Positions 29,510 through 39,881 of a stretch of DNA of 64,000 nt are shown piece by piece. Position 1 is the first letter of the stretch, and each line of letters opens with the position of its first letter. The stretch comes from an uncultured Chlamydiae bacterium (GTDB lineage: Bacteria; Chlamydiota; Chlamydiia; Chlamydiales; SM23-39), in NCBI GenBank assembly GCA_963730605.1, contig CAVSSM010000001.1, forward strand, positions 1 through 64,000. The letters run 5' to 3'. The position numbers and the translations under genes were made by a program. The notes under the pieces were generated by a model. The model did not search any database. It saw only the letters and a program-made list of their open reading frames with translations, and was not told the origin of the DNA.

Positions 29510-30431
29510 AGGAGGTCGAATCGTTCCAAAAGAACAGGCGACCGTCAGCGTGGCGAGCCATAGCCTGCAGTATGGATCGACCTGTTTTGCAGGAATCCGA
29601 GGGTATTTTCGCGAGGGCAAAGTCCGGATTTTTAGGTTGCGCGATCACCACGAGAGGCTCATGAAAGCATCAAAGATCATGGGGTTTGGGTTCCATATCT
29701 CCTATGAGGACTTTGAGGAAATCATTGCGAATCTCATCGAGCTCAACCGGCCCGAATCAGACTTTTACATCCGCCCTTTCCTTTATTCGGAAAATGAAGT
29801 CATCGGCGTGGGTTACAACGGGCTCAAGTTCGATCTCGCTGTGTATATGATCCCTTTGAAATCCTATTACAATAGCGATAAAGGACTTCGGTTCCAGATC
29901 TCAAGTTGGCAAAAGATCCCCGATGCGGCGATGTCCACCAAGGCCAAAGCCGGAGGATGCTATGTAAACTCTTCTATGGCCACAACAGACGCGAGAGCTT
30001 GCGGATATGATGAAGCATTGATGATGGACCACAATCAAAATGTCGTGGAAGCCAGCGTCGCGAACCTCTTTATCGTCTATCGCGGCGAGATCTTCACGCC
30101 GCCGGTCGGCGCAGATGTATTGGAAGGGATCACAATGCGAACGGTGATCGAGCTTTTGAAAGCCCAAGGCTACACAATCCGCTACGAGCCGATCAGCAGA
30201 TCTATGGTTTATTCCTGCGATGAAATGTTTTTAACAGGGACTGCGGCCGGGGTCATCTTCGGCGAGTCGGTAGATGGGAGAATCATTGGCGATGGGAAAG
30301 AAGGGCCGCTGACCGCTCGAATCAGGAAAGAGTTTCAAAGTCTCATCGAGATGGATCATCCCAGGTCCAAAGAATGGGTCAGAGCGTTCTCTATAGCGGA
30401 GGTGTGTCATGAAGCATATTCGTATTCTTGA
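29475..30431 (+). CDS. ilvE: Branched-chain amino acid aminotransferase
   Basis: HSLQYG, FRL.DH, AKAGGCY, YDEAL, LEGIT, FLTGTAA. Confidence 0.93.
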   Translation: MASVCVMPFAFKGGRIVPKEQATVSVASHSLQYGSTCFAGIRGYFREGKVRIFRLRDHHERLMKASKIMGFGFHISYEDFEEIIANLIELNRPESDFYIRPFLYSENEVIGVGYNGLKFDLAVYMIPLKSYYNSDKGLRFQISSWQKIPDAAMSTKAKAGGCYVNSSMATTDARACGYDEALMMDHNQNVVEASVANLFIVYRGEIFTPPVGADVLEGITMRTVIELLKAQGYTIRYEPISRSMVYSCDEMFLTGTAAGVIFGESVDGRIIGDGKEGPLTARIRKEFQSLIEMDHPRSKEWVRAFSIAEVCHEAYSYS

Positions 30432-31569
30432 TACGACCCTTCGAGACGGCGAGCAAGCCCCTGGTTTTGCGATGAGAAAAGAGGAGAAAGTCGCTTTTGC
30501 CAAAAGGCTTGAAGCTCTTGGCGTGGACATAATCGAGGCAGGATTTCCGGTCGCGTCAAAACAAGATTTCGAGTCCGTTTTTGCGATTGCGGAAAACTGC
30601 CAAGATGTTGAGGTATGCGCTTTGGCCCGCTGCAATGAAAAAGATATCGATTGCGCAATCCGGGCCTTGGAAAAGGCATCCCGCCCACGGGTCCATGTTT
30701 TCATCGCCACGAGTGAAATACACATGCGGCATAAATTGAAAATGACTCGAGAAGAGGTCCTCAAAAGAGCCGTGGATGGCGTTCGCCAGGCAAGAGGTTT
30801 TACCTCTAGAGTTGAATTCACACCGGAAGACGCATCTCGCACAGAGAGGGATTTTCTCGTAGAGGTTCTCGAGGCGGCCATCCAGGCCGGGGCCGATGTG
30901 GTCAATATCCCCGACACAGTTGGATACATGACGCCGGAAGAATATGGAGATTTGATCGCCTACGTAAGCGCCCATGTAAGAGGGATTGAAAAGGTGATTA
31001 TTTCAACCCACTGCCACGATGATCTTGGCCTCTCGGTTGCCAATAGCCTCGCAGGGATATTGAATGGCGCATCCCAAATCGAATGTACCATCAATGGGGT
31101 GGGCGAAAGAGCCGGCAATGCCGCGCTGGAGGAGATCGTGATGGCGATCAAAATCAAAAGAGATGTCTACAAAGCCCAAACCTCCATCCACACACCGGGG
31201 CTTGTGAGCATCAGCCAATTTTTAACAGAGATCACGGGTCATAAGGCGCCGCCAAATAAGGCCATCGTCGGTAAAAACGCTTTTGCGCATGGTTCCGGGA
31301 TCCACCAGCATGGGATGTTATCGAACGATCAGACCTACGAGATTATGGACCCGAAAGAGGTGGGTTTTGAGTCGACGGAAATCGTATTAACCAAGCATTC
31401 TGGCAAGCATGCGTTGAAGTATCGGCTGGAGCGTTTGGGGATTGATGTTGGCGGGGCCTTAGATGTCCTATTTACCTCTTTCAAGGATCTCGCAGACCGC
31501 AAAAAGTGTGTCTATGACGAAGACTTGAATGTTCTAATAAGAAGATTGAATGCAAAGGAGATAGTATGA
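30409..31569 (+). CDS. leuA: 2-isopropylmalate synthase, short form lacking the C-terminal regulatory domain
   Basis: DTTLRDGEQ, IPDTVG, HCHDDLG, GERAGN, GIHQHG, KHSG; 386 aa. Confidence 0.93.
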   Translation: MKHIRILDTTLRDGEQAPGFAMRKEEKVAFAKRLEALGVDIIEAGFPVASKQDFESVFAIAENCQDVEVCALARCNEKDIDCAIRALEKASRPRVHVFIATSEIHMRHKLKMTREEVLKRAVDGVRQARGFTSRVEFTPEDASRTERDFLVEVLEAAIQAGADVVNIPDTVGYMTPEEYGDLIAYVSAHVRGIEKVIISTHCHDDLGLSVANSLAGILNGASQIECTINGVGERAGNAALEEIVMAIKIKRDVYKAQTSIHTPGLVSISQFLTEITGHKAPPNKAIVGKNAFAHGSGIHQHGMLSNDQTYEIMDPKEVGFESTEIVLTKHSGKHALKYRLERLGIDVGGALDVLFTSFKDLADRKKCVYDEDLNVLIRRLNAKEIV

Positions 31570-32321
31570 AAAAAGAGAATTGGTCAAAAGGAAACGATGA
31601 TGTGCTCGATAGAGCGGCCGTTCTGCTCTTGCAAGGCGGCGTTGCGATCGTAACGCCGACGAAGGTGGGTTATATCATTGCGACGACCGATCGGAAAGGA
31701 TTGGAAAGGAAGTTTATACTGAAAGGGCGGCCGCGAACAAAGCCGGGCGTCGTTCTTTGCAGCGGCATCGAGCAACTAGAAAAGCTAGCGGTGCTCAATG
31801 ATGAGATCAAACGGCTCTATCAAGCTTGTGAAGAGAAAGAGATCTTGCTCGGGTGTATCTTGCCCTGGCAGAAGAGCGCGATCCAGCGATATATTCCCAA
31901 TGACGGCTCATCCGAGCTCATTATGGATAGCCGCAATACGAGTTGTTTTGTAATCTGTTTTGGCAAACCGTCGGAAGCGATTTCCAAACAGCTCTGGAAG
32001 GATCATGGACGGCTGGTTTTTGCATCGTCCGCAAACCCCTCAGGGAAGGGAAATCGGGGTCGGTTGGATGGTGTCGGCGAGCAAATTTTAACCGGCGTCG
32101 ACATGGCCATCGACGCCGATGATTATGTGGCAAAGCAGCAGCCGCATGCGGATGAAAAAACGCGGTATGAACAGGGAGTCATGGTTTCCATGGTCGATGA
32201 TCAGGGACAACTGGCAAACGTTCCCGTTGTTATTCGCAAAGGGCTTGCGGTGGAAAAAATCATGCTCGAGATGAGCCGCATCTGGAATCGGTTTGACTAC
32301 AGCCACGGCTCATATCATTAA
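31566..32321 (+). CDS. Divergent YrdC/Sua5 (TsaC-like) family protein
   Basis: PTKVGY, KGRPRTKP, SSANPSG; overlaps the leuA stop (ATGA). Confidence 0.8.
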   Translation: MKKENWSKGNDDVLDRAAVLLLQGGVAIVTPTKVGYIIATTDRKGLERKFILKGRPRTKPGVVLCSGIEQLEKLAVLNDEIKRLYQACEEKEILLGCILPWQKSAIQRYIPNDGSSELIMDSRNTSCFVICFGKPSEAISKQLWKDHGRLVFASSANPSGKGNRGRLDGVGEQILTGVDMAIDADDYVAKQQPHADEKTRYEQGVMVSMVDDQGQLANVPVVIRKGLAVEKIMLEMSRIWNRFDYSHGSYH

Positions 32322-32461
32322 GAAAACTCAAAGGACTTATTGTCAACGACCTCATTTCTTCAAGACCTCATCAGGGTCGTAACGACAAAGTATCCGCTTA
32401 GATCTGAAGGAAACATCCATACATTTTCCAAAAATCTCCAGGCGACTGGCGCAAAAAGGAG

Positions 32462-33067
32462 TTAGAGGGAATTAGCTTGAACGGGCAGCTCGAGGAAGAT
32501 ATTTTGCCGATGCCGCCCGTCAAATTCCCGAATCTTTTGCATCCGGGAAAGTAGAAAGTCGAGGTTGTCGATCTCGTTGATCAGAGCATGCTTGTCATAG
32601 CCATTGATTTCGAATGAGTAACTTGTTCCATCGGGAAGCGTAATCTTTTGCTCCATGAGATTCACATCTACGATATATTCGACGCTTTCCCTCTCTTTTG
32701 CAAAAATGTGTTCGATCGTCTCGGGGGCTAAAGCGAGCGGAGCCAAGTGATTTTTGATCGCGTTGCTGTAAAAAATATCCCCAAAGCTCGGCGCAACGAT
32801 CACCCGGATCCCATGGTCCACTAAGGACCAGGCGGCATGTTCCCTCGAGCTGCCGCAGCCGAAATTGCGGCGGGCGACGATGATTTTTGCAGCCCGATAT
32901 TTTTTCAGGTTCATCGGAAAAGAAGGATCCATTTTCCGAAGTTCGGAAAAAAGGTGCTCTCCTAGCCCCCGCGTTACAGTGGTTGTAAGATACTTGGCTG
33001 GGAGAATCAGATCGGTATTGATATCGGCATAGGGAAGGGGGAGGATTTGCGATTTGATTTCCTTCAT
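32462..33067 (-). CDS. leuD: 3-isopropylmalate dehydratase small subunit
   Basis: DINTDLILP, NFGCGSSREHA, SFGDIFYSN. Confidence 0.95.
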   Translation of the reverse strand: MKEIKSQILPLPYADINTDLILPAKYLTTTVTRGLGEHLFSELRKMDPSFPMNLKKYRAAKIIVARRNFGCGSSREHAAWSLVDHGIRVIVAPSFGDIFYSNAIKNHLAPLALAPETIEHIFAKERESVEYIVDVNLMEQKITLPDGTSYSFEINGYDKHALINEIDNLDFLLSRMQKIREFDGRHRQNIFLELPVQANSL

Positions 33068-34461
33068 AGAAATGTTCTCGCATCGGTAATCTTCCCTGTA
33101 ACGGCGGCGGCGGCGGCCATAATCGGGCTCATCAGGTGGGAAAGGGCGCCTGGCCCTTGCCGTCCGATAAAGTTCCGGTTGCTTGTGCTCGCGACCCGTT
33201 TTCCCGGCGGGCATTTATCTTCATTCATCCCAAGGCACATACTGCATCCCGGCTGCCGGAAATCGGCTCCCGCTTCGATAAAGATCCGGTCCAACCCTTC
33301 CTCAATCATTTGGTTGCGGACAGCTTCGCTGCCGGGCACGACAAAGACAGTCACTCCTTTTGCCACCCGTTTTCCTTTCAATATCTTGGCCGCTGCCCGA
33401 TAATCGGAAATCCGGGAATTAGTGCAAGAACCGAGAAAGACGTAGTCGATAGGGACCCCTTCCAAAGACTGCCCCGCTTTTAGGCGCATATATTCTAACG
33501 ATTTTTTTGCCAGCTCCCCTTCTTCAGGCGTCATGGTCTCAGGGGCTGGAATTTCCTCATCGATCCCGATCGACTGACCCGGGGTTGTTCCCCATGTAAC
33601 TAGCGGGGCAAGAGTGTCCAATTCGATTTCAACACTCTCGTCGTAAGTCGATTGGTCTGTGCTTGCTATTGACTTCCAATAAGTCAAGGCAGCGTTCCAA
33701 TGAGATCCTTTTGGCGCGCACAAAAGACCCATCATGTACTCGTAGGTTGTTGCATCGGGCGAGACCAGCCCGGCCCTGGCCCCGCATTCAATGCTCATAT
33801 TGCAAATGGTCATCCGCTCTTCCATTGACAATTTCCGAACGGCAGGTCCGCAATATTCCAAAACATATCCGGTCGCCCCATGAACGCCGATGATTTGGAT
33901 CAGCTTGAGGATCATATCTTTCGCGGCGATCCCTTTTCCCAACTGTCCATTGAATTGGATTTTCATCGTTTTGGGCCTGGGAAGCAAGAGACAGCCCGTT
34001 GCCATCACATGGCCAATTTCAGTGGTCCCTATCCCCAAAGCGAGAGCGCCAAAGGCGCCGTGAGTGGAAGTATGGCTATCTCCGCAGACAATCGTCATCC
34101 CTGGCTGAGTAAGCCCCTGTTCCGGTCCGATGATATGAACGATCCCTTGCCGCCCTGACCCCATATCCCATAGTCTGACTCCGAAATCCTCGCAATTCTT
34201 CCGAAGCGCCAGAATTTGTCCGCGGCTCACCAGGCTTGGCAGGCTTTTGCGGTCGGGGGTCGTCGAAACATTATGGTCCACTGTGGCGATCGTCCGATCC
34301 AAAGCATGGATTTTCAACCCCCTTTTCCTTAAGACATCAAAAGCTTGAGGCGAAGTTACCTCATGAAGAAGATGAAGATCCATGGAAACGATATCGGGAA
34401 ATTCCTCTTTGCTCTCTACGACGTGCGCATCCCAGATCTTATTGATTATGTTTCTCTTCAT
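33064..34461 (-). CDS. leuC: 3-isopropylmalate dehydratase large subunit
   Basis: HEVTSPQAF, CGDSHT, GSCTNSR, GCSMCLGMN, STSNRNF. Confidence 0.97.
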   Translation of the reverse strand: MKRNIINKIWDAHVVESKEEFPDIVSMDLHLLHEVTSPQAFDVLRKRGLKIHALDRTIATVDHNVSTTPDRKSLPSLVSRGQILALRKNCEDFGVRLWDMGSGRQGIVHIIGPEQGLTQPGMTIVCGDSHTSTHGAFGALALGIGTTEIGHVMATGCLLLPRPKTMKIQFNGQLGKGIAAKDMILKLIQIIGVHGATGYVLEYCGPAVRKLSMEERMTICNMSIECGARAGLVSPDATTYEYMMGLLCAPKGSHWNAALTYWKSIASTDQSTYDESVEIELDTLAPLVTWGTTPGQSIGIDEEIPAPETMTPEEGELAKKSLEYMRLKAGQSLEGVPIDYVFLGSCTNSRISDYRAAAKILKGKRVAKGVTVFVVPGSEAVRNQMIEEGLDRIFIEAGADFRQPGCSMCLGMNEDKCPPGKRVASTSNRNFIGRQGPGALSHLMSPIMAAAAAVTGKITDARTFL

Positions 34462-34593
34462 ATGGGGGCAACTGTACCATATCTCTACGGTGAAGGTAAA
34501 GTTCAACCGCAGCGTCGAAGCTGGAGCTAAAAAAATCTCCATCAAGAGGGCATGAATTTTCTTTACTTATTAATAATAAGAAACTTATGAACT

Positions 34594-34621
34594 ACTATTT
34601 TAACGTGCATGTTAAAATAGT
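34594..34621. promoter_or_regulatory. Palindrome between divergent leuC and oxidoreductase; possible operator
   Basis: ACTATTTTAAC-GTGCAT-GTTAAAATAGT with perfect 11-bp arms. Confidence 0.4.
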
Positions 34622-34681
34622 CGCGACCAAAATAACATACCAGTATCATAGCCCTTTGGTTTTCTGCCCCCGAGAGAAAAT

Positions 34682-35743
34682 ATGACTTTTATTGCAGCCA
34701 TCACAGAATTTATCACCTGCATAACGATAGGCTATGGAAGCGTAGCGCCTATTCATCATGACAAATTAAGTTCGTGTAATGTAAAACCTGTCGGAATTAT
34801 TGAAACGAATGCAGACAAGCATGATGCGATTCGAAAAAAAGGACTTCGAGTCTGTGATACCTATGAAGAGGCTCTGGAATTAACGCCTGACTTTTGGGAT
34901 ATTTGTTGTCCGGTGAATGACCACGTCACTGTCATAGAAAATATCATTGCTCTAGATCCCCATGCCCGCATTATTGTCGAGAAACCCATTTGCAATTTTG
35001 AGGAGATTCCCAAACTGCAACGCCTCTTGAAGAACTTTCTTGGGAAAATTGTAGTCAATGAGAATTACCTAAGTTCGGCAACGACTCAAAAAATAAAAGA
35101 CCTCGTGATGCAACATGGGGTAGTCATCCAAAATATCTACATAGAAATGGACAAGAATCGAACTCGAGATTTCCAAGCCGGCAGATATGTTGATGCGAAA
35201 GGGGCCTTCTACTATGAAGGCACTCACATGATCACGATCTTAGGGGATATTATCGATAAATATACCCCAACCGGAGAAATTGCCAAAAAATATGAAGATC
35301 TCGAAGCATCCGGCAAAAAATGGGAGCGCCAAGGATTAGCGGAGATTGAGTACAACACTGATGAACTTTCGATCCACCTATTTACCTCTATGAAAGGGGA
35401 TATTAAGCATTCCTATCCTCCATTCAATTTGAAGAATATTCCCATCGATGCCACCGCCACCCGTTACCGTATCGCAGCCGTGAAGGGAATCAATCCACTG
35501 GAGGAGGAAATCACAGTGGTTGGATTTTTTGAACCGATCCAAGGCTACAAAAGAAGTCAAAGCGCTGTCGCTGTGTTAAAAAACAATGCAGTCATAGAGT
35601 ACATAGGACCTCTTGAAGACGACGCTATGGGATCTCATCTAAAAAGAGCCGTCGATTACCTGATGGGTGAATCAGATCGGAATCCTTGTTCTCCCGAAGA
35701 GGGCATCGAAATGGTCCATGTATTAAACACCTTATCTCCTTGA
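34682..35743 (+). CDS. Gfo/Idh/MocA-family oxidoreductase
   Basis: IGYGSVA Rossmann start, IIVEKP, YEGTH. Confidence 0.8.
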   Translation: MTFIAAITEFITCITIGYGSVAPIHHDKLSSCNVKPVGIIETNADKHDAIRKKGLRVCDTYEEALELTPDFWDICCPVNDHVTVIENIIALDPHARIIVEKPICNFEEIPKLQRLLKNFLGKIVVNENYLSSATTQKIKDLVMQHGVVIQNIYIEMDKNRTRDFQAGRYVDAKGAFYYEGTHMITILGDIIDKYTPTGEIAKKYEDLEASGKKWERQGLAEIEYNTDELSIHLFTSMKGDIKHSYPPFNLKNIPIDATATRYRIAAVKGINPLEEEITVVGFFEPIQGYKRSQSAVAVLKNNAVIEYIGPLEDDAMGSHLKRAVDYLMGESDRNPCSPEEGIEMVHVLNTLSP

Positions 35744-35752
35744 GCCTAAATT

Positions 35753-37652
35753 TCACTTCTCTGCCGGAGCGACGACTTTTTTTACCTTTTGGGTGGCGAT
35801 GCGAACCCCGCGAGTGTGAGCTCCTTTGACAGGCGCCTCATCCAGGGCATAGACTAGGCTTTTCACTTTCTGCTTGCTTGGGATGAAAAGCAGTTCGACC
35901 GTAAGGCTTGGCTTATCCGAGATGTGGAGCAGCTCGCCATTTTCATCAAAATAGCGGTAGGGCTTGTCGAGGATGAATTTTTCGACGACAAACCGTTTGG
36001 CCCAAGCCTGCCCCGATTCTTTCATCTTGTAGATGACATTCATCATCGTTTTTTTATCAGCAACCCCTACCCAGACGGCCTGTTCAAAATACTGTTTCTC
36101 AGGGATATTGACCACTTTGTAGGTGCCATCTTTGTGAAAGATCAGTAGTTTGTCGAAATTGGTGCAATGGAACTGGACGGGGCCTGAGATTTTGGTGCCG
36201 ACAAAGCCTGAGTCGGGATCAAAGCCCACTTTGATGTTCTTTGTTTCGATCGCGCGGCGGTCGATCTCTTCGATGGCTTTGATCCGGTTTTTCTGAGGAA
36301 AGTCTTTCCCGAACTTTTCGATGAGGCTTTCAGATGTACCGAATGGTGAACTTTTTGACATTTTTGAGATTTTTTTCCACCTCCTGCTGCGACTCTTAGG
36401 AGCCTGCGATCTCCTCTAGGTTCTTATCGATGTCAAAGTGGGAGATGCGCCGGATCGGGATTTGGAGCAGTTTTTCCCGATCATCATGCGTAGGATCGCG
36501 AAGAAGTTTTTTTCGGAACGGCTTGAACGAGGCTTCGAGGGTCTCATGGATCCCTTCGAGGGTTTTGACCGTCTCGATTTTCTTATAGATCTGATTTTCG
36601 ATAAAAATTCTCTCGAGCGTCCTGATAGAAGATCTTCTCTTCGAGCCGCTCTCTTTCGATTTCAAGCTCCCGCTTGAGAAAATCGACGAGTTTTGCCGCA
36701 TTGTAGACAAGGATTTCATGGACATCGGTCTCCCAAGGGAGGCCGTCTTTGATCACGATGATCTGAGAGTTGAGCGAGACTTCGCACTCGGTAAAGCCAT
36801 AGAGCGCATCGAGAATCTCTTCGGCATATTGTCCCCGCGGCAGCTTGATCTCGATTTCGATCGTCTTCAGCCGTGTAGTCGTTGATCGCCTCGATTTTGA
36901 TCTTGCCTTTTTTCGCAGCCTCGTCAATCGAGCGGATTAGGCTCTCGGTCGTCGTGCCGTAGCAGATCTCCCTGATGACAAGAGTTTTCGGGTCTTTGAT
37001 TTCGATTTTGGCGCGGAGTTTGACTTTGCCGCGCCCCTTGTCATATTCGCTCTTGTCCATGATTCCCGCCAGTCGGGAAATCAGGAAAGATCTTGAAAGG
37101 CTTTTCCTTCGAAGGTAAGCGATCTCCGCTTCGAGAAGTTCTGTGAAATTATGAGGCAGGATATGAGTCGCCATCCCGACTGCGATCCCGTCGGCCCCTT
37201 GCATGAGCAGAAGAGGGATTTTCGCGGGAAGGGTGACGGGCTCGAAATTCCTCCCGTCATAGGAGGGGATTTTTTCGGTGATGTCGGGATTGAAAAGCGT
37301 CTCGCTGGCTAGGGGAGAAAGGCGCGTTTCGATGTAGCGGGCGGCGGCCGATGGGTCTCCCGTGTAAATATTGCCAAAATTTCCCTGCCGATCTAACAAC
37401 AAAGCCTTTGTTGGCGAGAGTGACCAGCGCTTCATAAATCGGAGCGTCACCATGGGGATGGAGCTGCATCGTTTGGCCGACGATGTTGGCCACTTTATGA
37501 AGCTTGTCATCGTTTTGCCGCCATAGGGTTTCGAGAATCCGCCTTTGGACAGGTTTGAGACCATCGATCACATTGGGGATGGCCCGATCGAGAATGACAT
37601 AGGAGGCGTATTTGATGAAGTGATCCTTCATCTGGTTTTTCAGATCATCCAT
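35753..37652 (-). CDS. parC: DNA topoisomerase IV subunit A (chlamydial GyrA-2 type), multiple frameshifts
   Basis: RAIP..DGLKPVQRR, HPHGD, AAARYIE, GIAVGMAT across five ORF fragments. Confidence 0.9.
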
Positions 37653-39456
37653 TTACTCTTCGCTCACAAGATTGTTCATGATAAAGTCTTTCCTCGCAGG
37701 CGTATTTTTGCCCATGTAAAATTCAAGGGTCGGCTTGATATCGGAGAGATTTTGGATCATCACGGGCAAAAGCGGATATCTTTCGCGATAAATTGCTTAA
37801 ATTCATTGGGAGAGATCTCTCCAAGCCCTTTAAAGCGGGTGATTTCAACCCCTTTCTTGAGTTCTTTGGCCGCTTTTTCCTTCTCTTCTTCTGAATAGCA
37901 ATAGATCGTCTTTTCTTTATTTCTCACTTTGAATAGAGGCGTTTCAAGAATATGAAGGTGGCCGTTCAAGACGAGCCCTTCAAAATAGGTCAAAAAGAAG
38001 GTGATGAGCAGGTTGCGGATATGCATGCCGTCGACATCGGCATCCGTTGCGAGGATCACTTTGTTGTAGCGAAGATTGGAAAGATCCTCTTCGATATTGA
38101 GCGCCGACATGAGATTGTACATCTCTTCATTTTTATAGAGCTGATCGAGCTTCATCCCATGGACATTCAGCGGTTTGCCGCGAAGAGAGAACACGGCTTG
38201 GGTCAGCGGGTCGCGGGTCATGACGATCGATGCGGAAGCCGACTCTCCTTCCGTGAGAAAAATCACCGAGCTTTCCCCTTCTTTCGAGCCGTCGCCGAAA
38301 TGGAATTTCGAATCGCGCAGTTTGGGGATCTTGAACGAGATCTTTTTTTGCTTTTCTTTGGCCTCTTTTTTGACTGCCGCTAGCTCTTTCCTCAGCTTTT
38401 CATTGAAAAGGATCCGCTCGACGATCTTCTTGCCGGTCTCCTCATTTTTATAGAGAGGTTTTGGACAGCGTCTTTGACCTCTTGGACAATGGGAGCGCGG
38501 ATCTCGCTGTTCGACAATTTATTCTTCGTTTGCGATTCAAAGACGGGATCTTTGACTTTGATCAAGATGGTCCCCACAATCCCCTCGCGCACATCGACCC
38601 CTTGGAAGTTTTTCTTTCGCGTACTCATTGACCCCTTTAAGATCCCCTCCCTAAAAGCCGAAAGATGGGTTCCTCCATCTTGGGTATATTGCCCATTGAC
38701 AAACGAGAAATAGGTCTCTCCATAGCTCGAGGAATGGAGGAAGGCGAACTCGATGTGCTTTCCCCTATAGTGCAGCGGTTCATAGAGGCGGTCCTCTTTG
38801 ACCTCTCCGTTCAAGAGATCGAGAAGCCCATTTTCCGAACGGATCTCCTCTTGATTGAAAATAAGGGTCAGCCCCGCATTGAGATAGGCATAGTGCCAAA
38901 GACGTTTGACGATCAGTTCCTTTCGGAAGGAAAACTTCTTGAAGATCTCAGTATCGGGAGTAAATTCGACCCACGTCCCGTTCTCTTCCTTGGTTTTCCC
39001 CTTTTTCTTTTCCTTGAGAACGCCTTTGAGAAAGCGGGCTTCGACAAATTGCCCATCGCGGGAACTTTTCACGATGAACTGAAAGGAGAGGGCATTGACG
39101 GCTTTCGTTCCGACTCCATTCAACCCAACAGAAAACTGGAAGACGTCGTCATTGTACTTGGCGCCCGTATTGATCTGGCTGACGCACTCGATGACCTTGC
39201 CTAAAGGAATTCCCCGCCCCCAGTCCCGTACGGTCACCGTTGACGTCTTCTCATTGAGGCCGATCTCGATCTTCTTGCCATGGCCCATGATGAACTCGTC
39301 GACGGAGTTGTCGATCACCTCTTTGATCATCACGTAGATCCCATCATCCGGATGGGAACCATCTCCCAACCGGCCGATGTACATCCCTGGACGGAGCCGA
39401 ATATGGGCCAGGGCGTCCAGAGACAAGACGGTACTCTCGTCGTATTTTTTAGCCAT
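37653..39456 (-). CDS. parE: DNA topoisomerase IV subunit B (GyrB-2 type), frameshifted
   Basis: RPGMYIG, EVIDNSVDE, GLNGVG, TEGESA, LRGKPLN, TDADVDG, RFKGLGE. Confidence 0.92.
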
Positions 39457-39548
39457 GTTTTAGGTCATACCACGTTTCTTCGACTTTGTAAAATACGGCC
39501 AAAAAATCCAGGCAGACCGGAAGGGCATGCTAAAAAATATAGGGAAAG

Positions 39549-39755
39549 CTAGATCATTCTTACATCGGTAGCTTCAGGGCCTTTCCGTCCTGGGCCTTCA
39601 ACGTACTCGACCTTCTGCCCTTCACGAAGAGACTTAGGGTCGCCATGGACGTTGTTAGCGTGTACGAAGAGATCCTTGCCGCCGTTATCTGGCGTAATGA
39701 ATCCAAAACCTTTTTGCACATTGAAAAACTTAACTGTACCTGTAGACTTTGACAA
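39549..39755 (-). CDS. cspA: Cold-shock protein
   Basis: GTVKFFN..KGFGFI..DLFVH; TTG start with AAGGAGGG RBS. Confidence 0.93.
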   Translation of the reverse strand: MSKSTGTVKFFNVQKGFGFITPDNGGKDLFVHANNVHGDPKSLREGQKVEYVEGPGRKGPEATDVRMI

Positions 39756-39881
39756 AATTTCCCTCCTTAGGATGTCTCTAGAAAGTTTATAAACTCCTAT
39801 GATATGCAATGAGACACTATTTTTCCCATAGAAAAAAGTAAAGGCGGGCGTTCAGGGTCCCAGTACAAAGGCAAAAATCAT

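Noticed and set aside
28418..35743. leu cluster plus oxidoreductase as a secondary-metabolite chain-elongation cluster
   Set aside because: The Leu-rich leader argues for real leucine synthesis, no NRPS, ligase or exporter is adjacent, and the oxidoreductase is divergently transcribed.
35753..39456. parC/parE as pseudogenes or programmed frameshifts
   Set aside because: Normally essential genes with intact motifs, broken by scattered single-base indels. The same pattern appears in uvrA, GH15 and others, which points to sequencing error.
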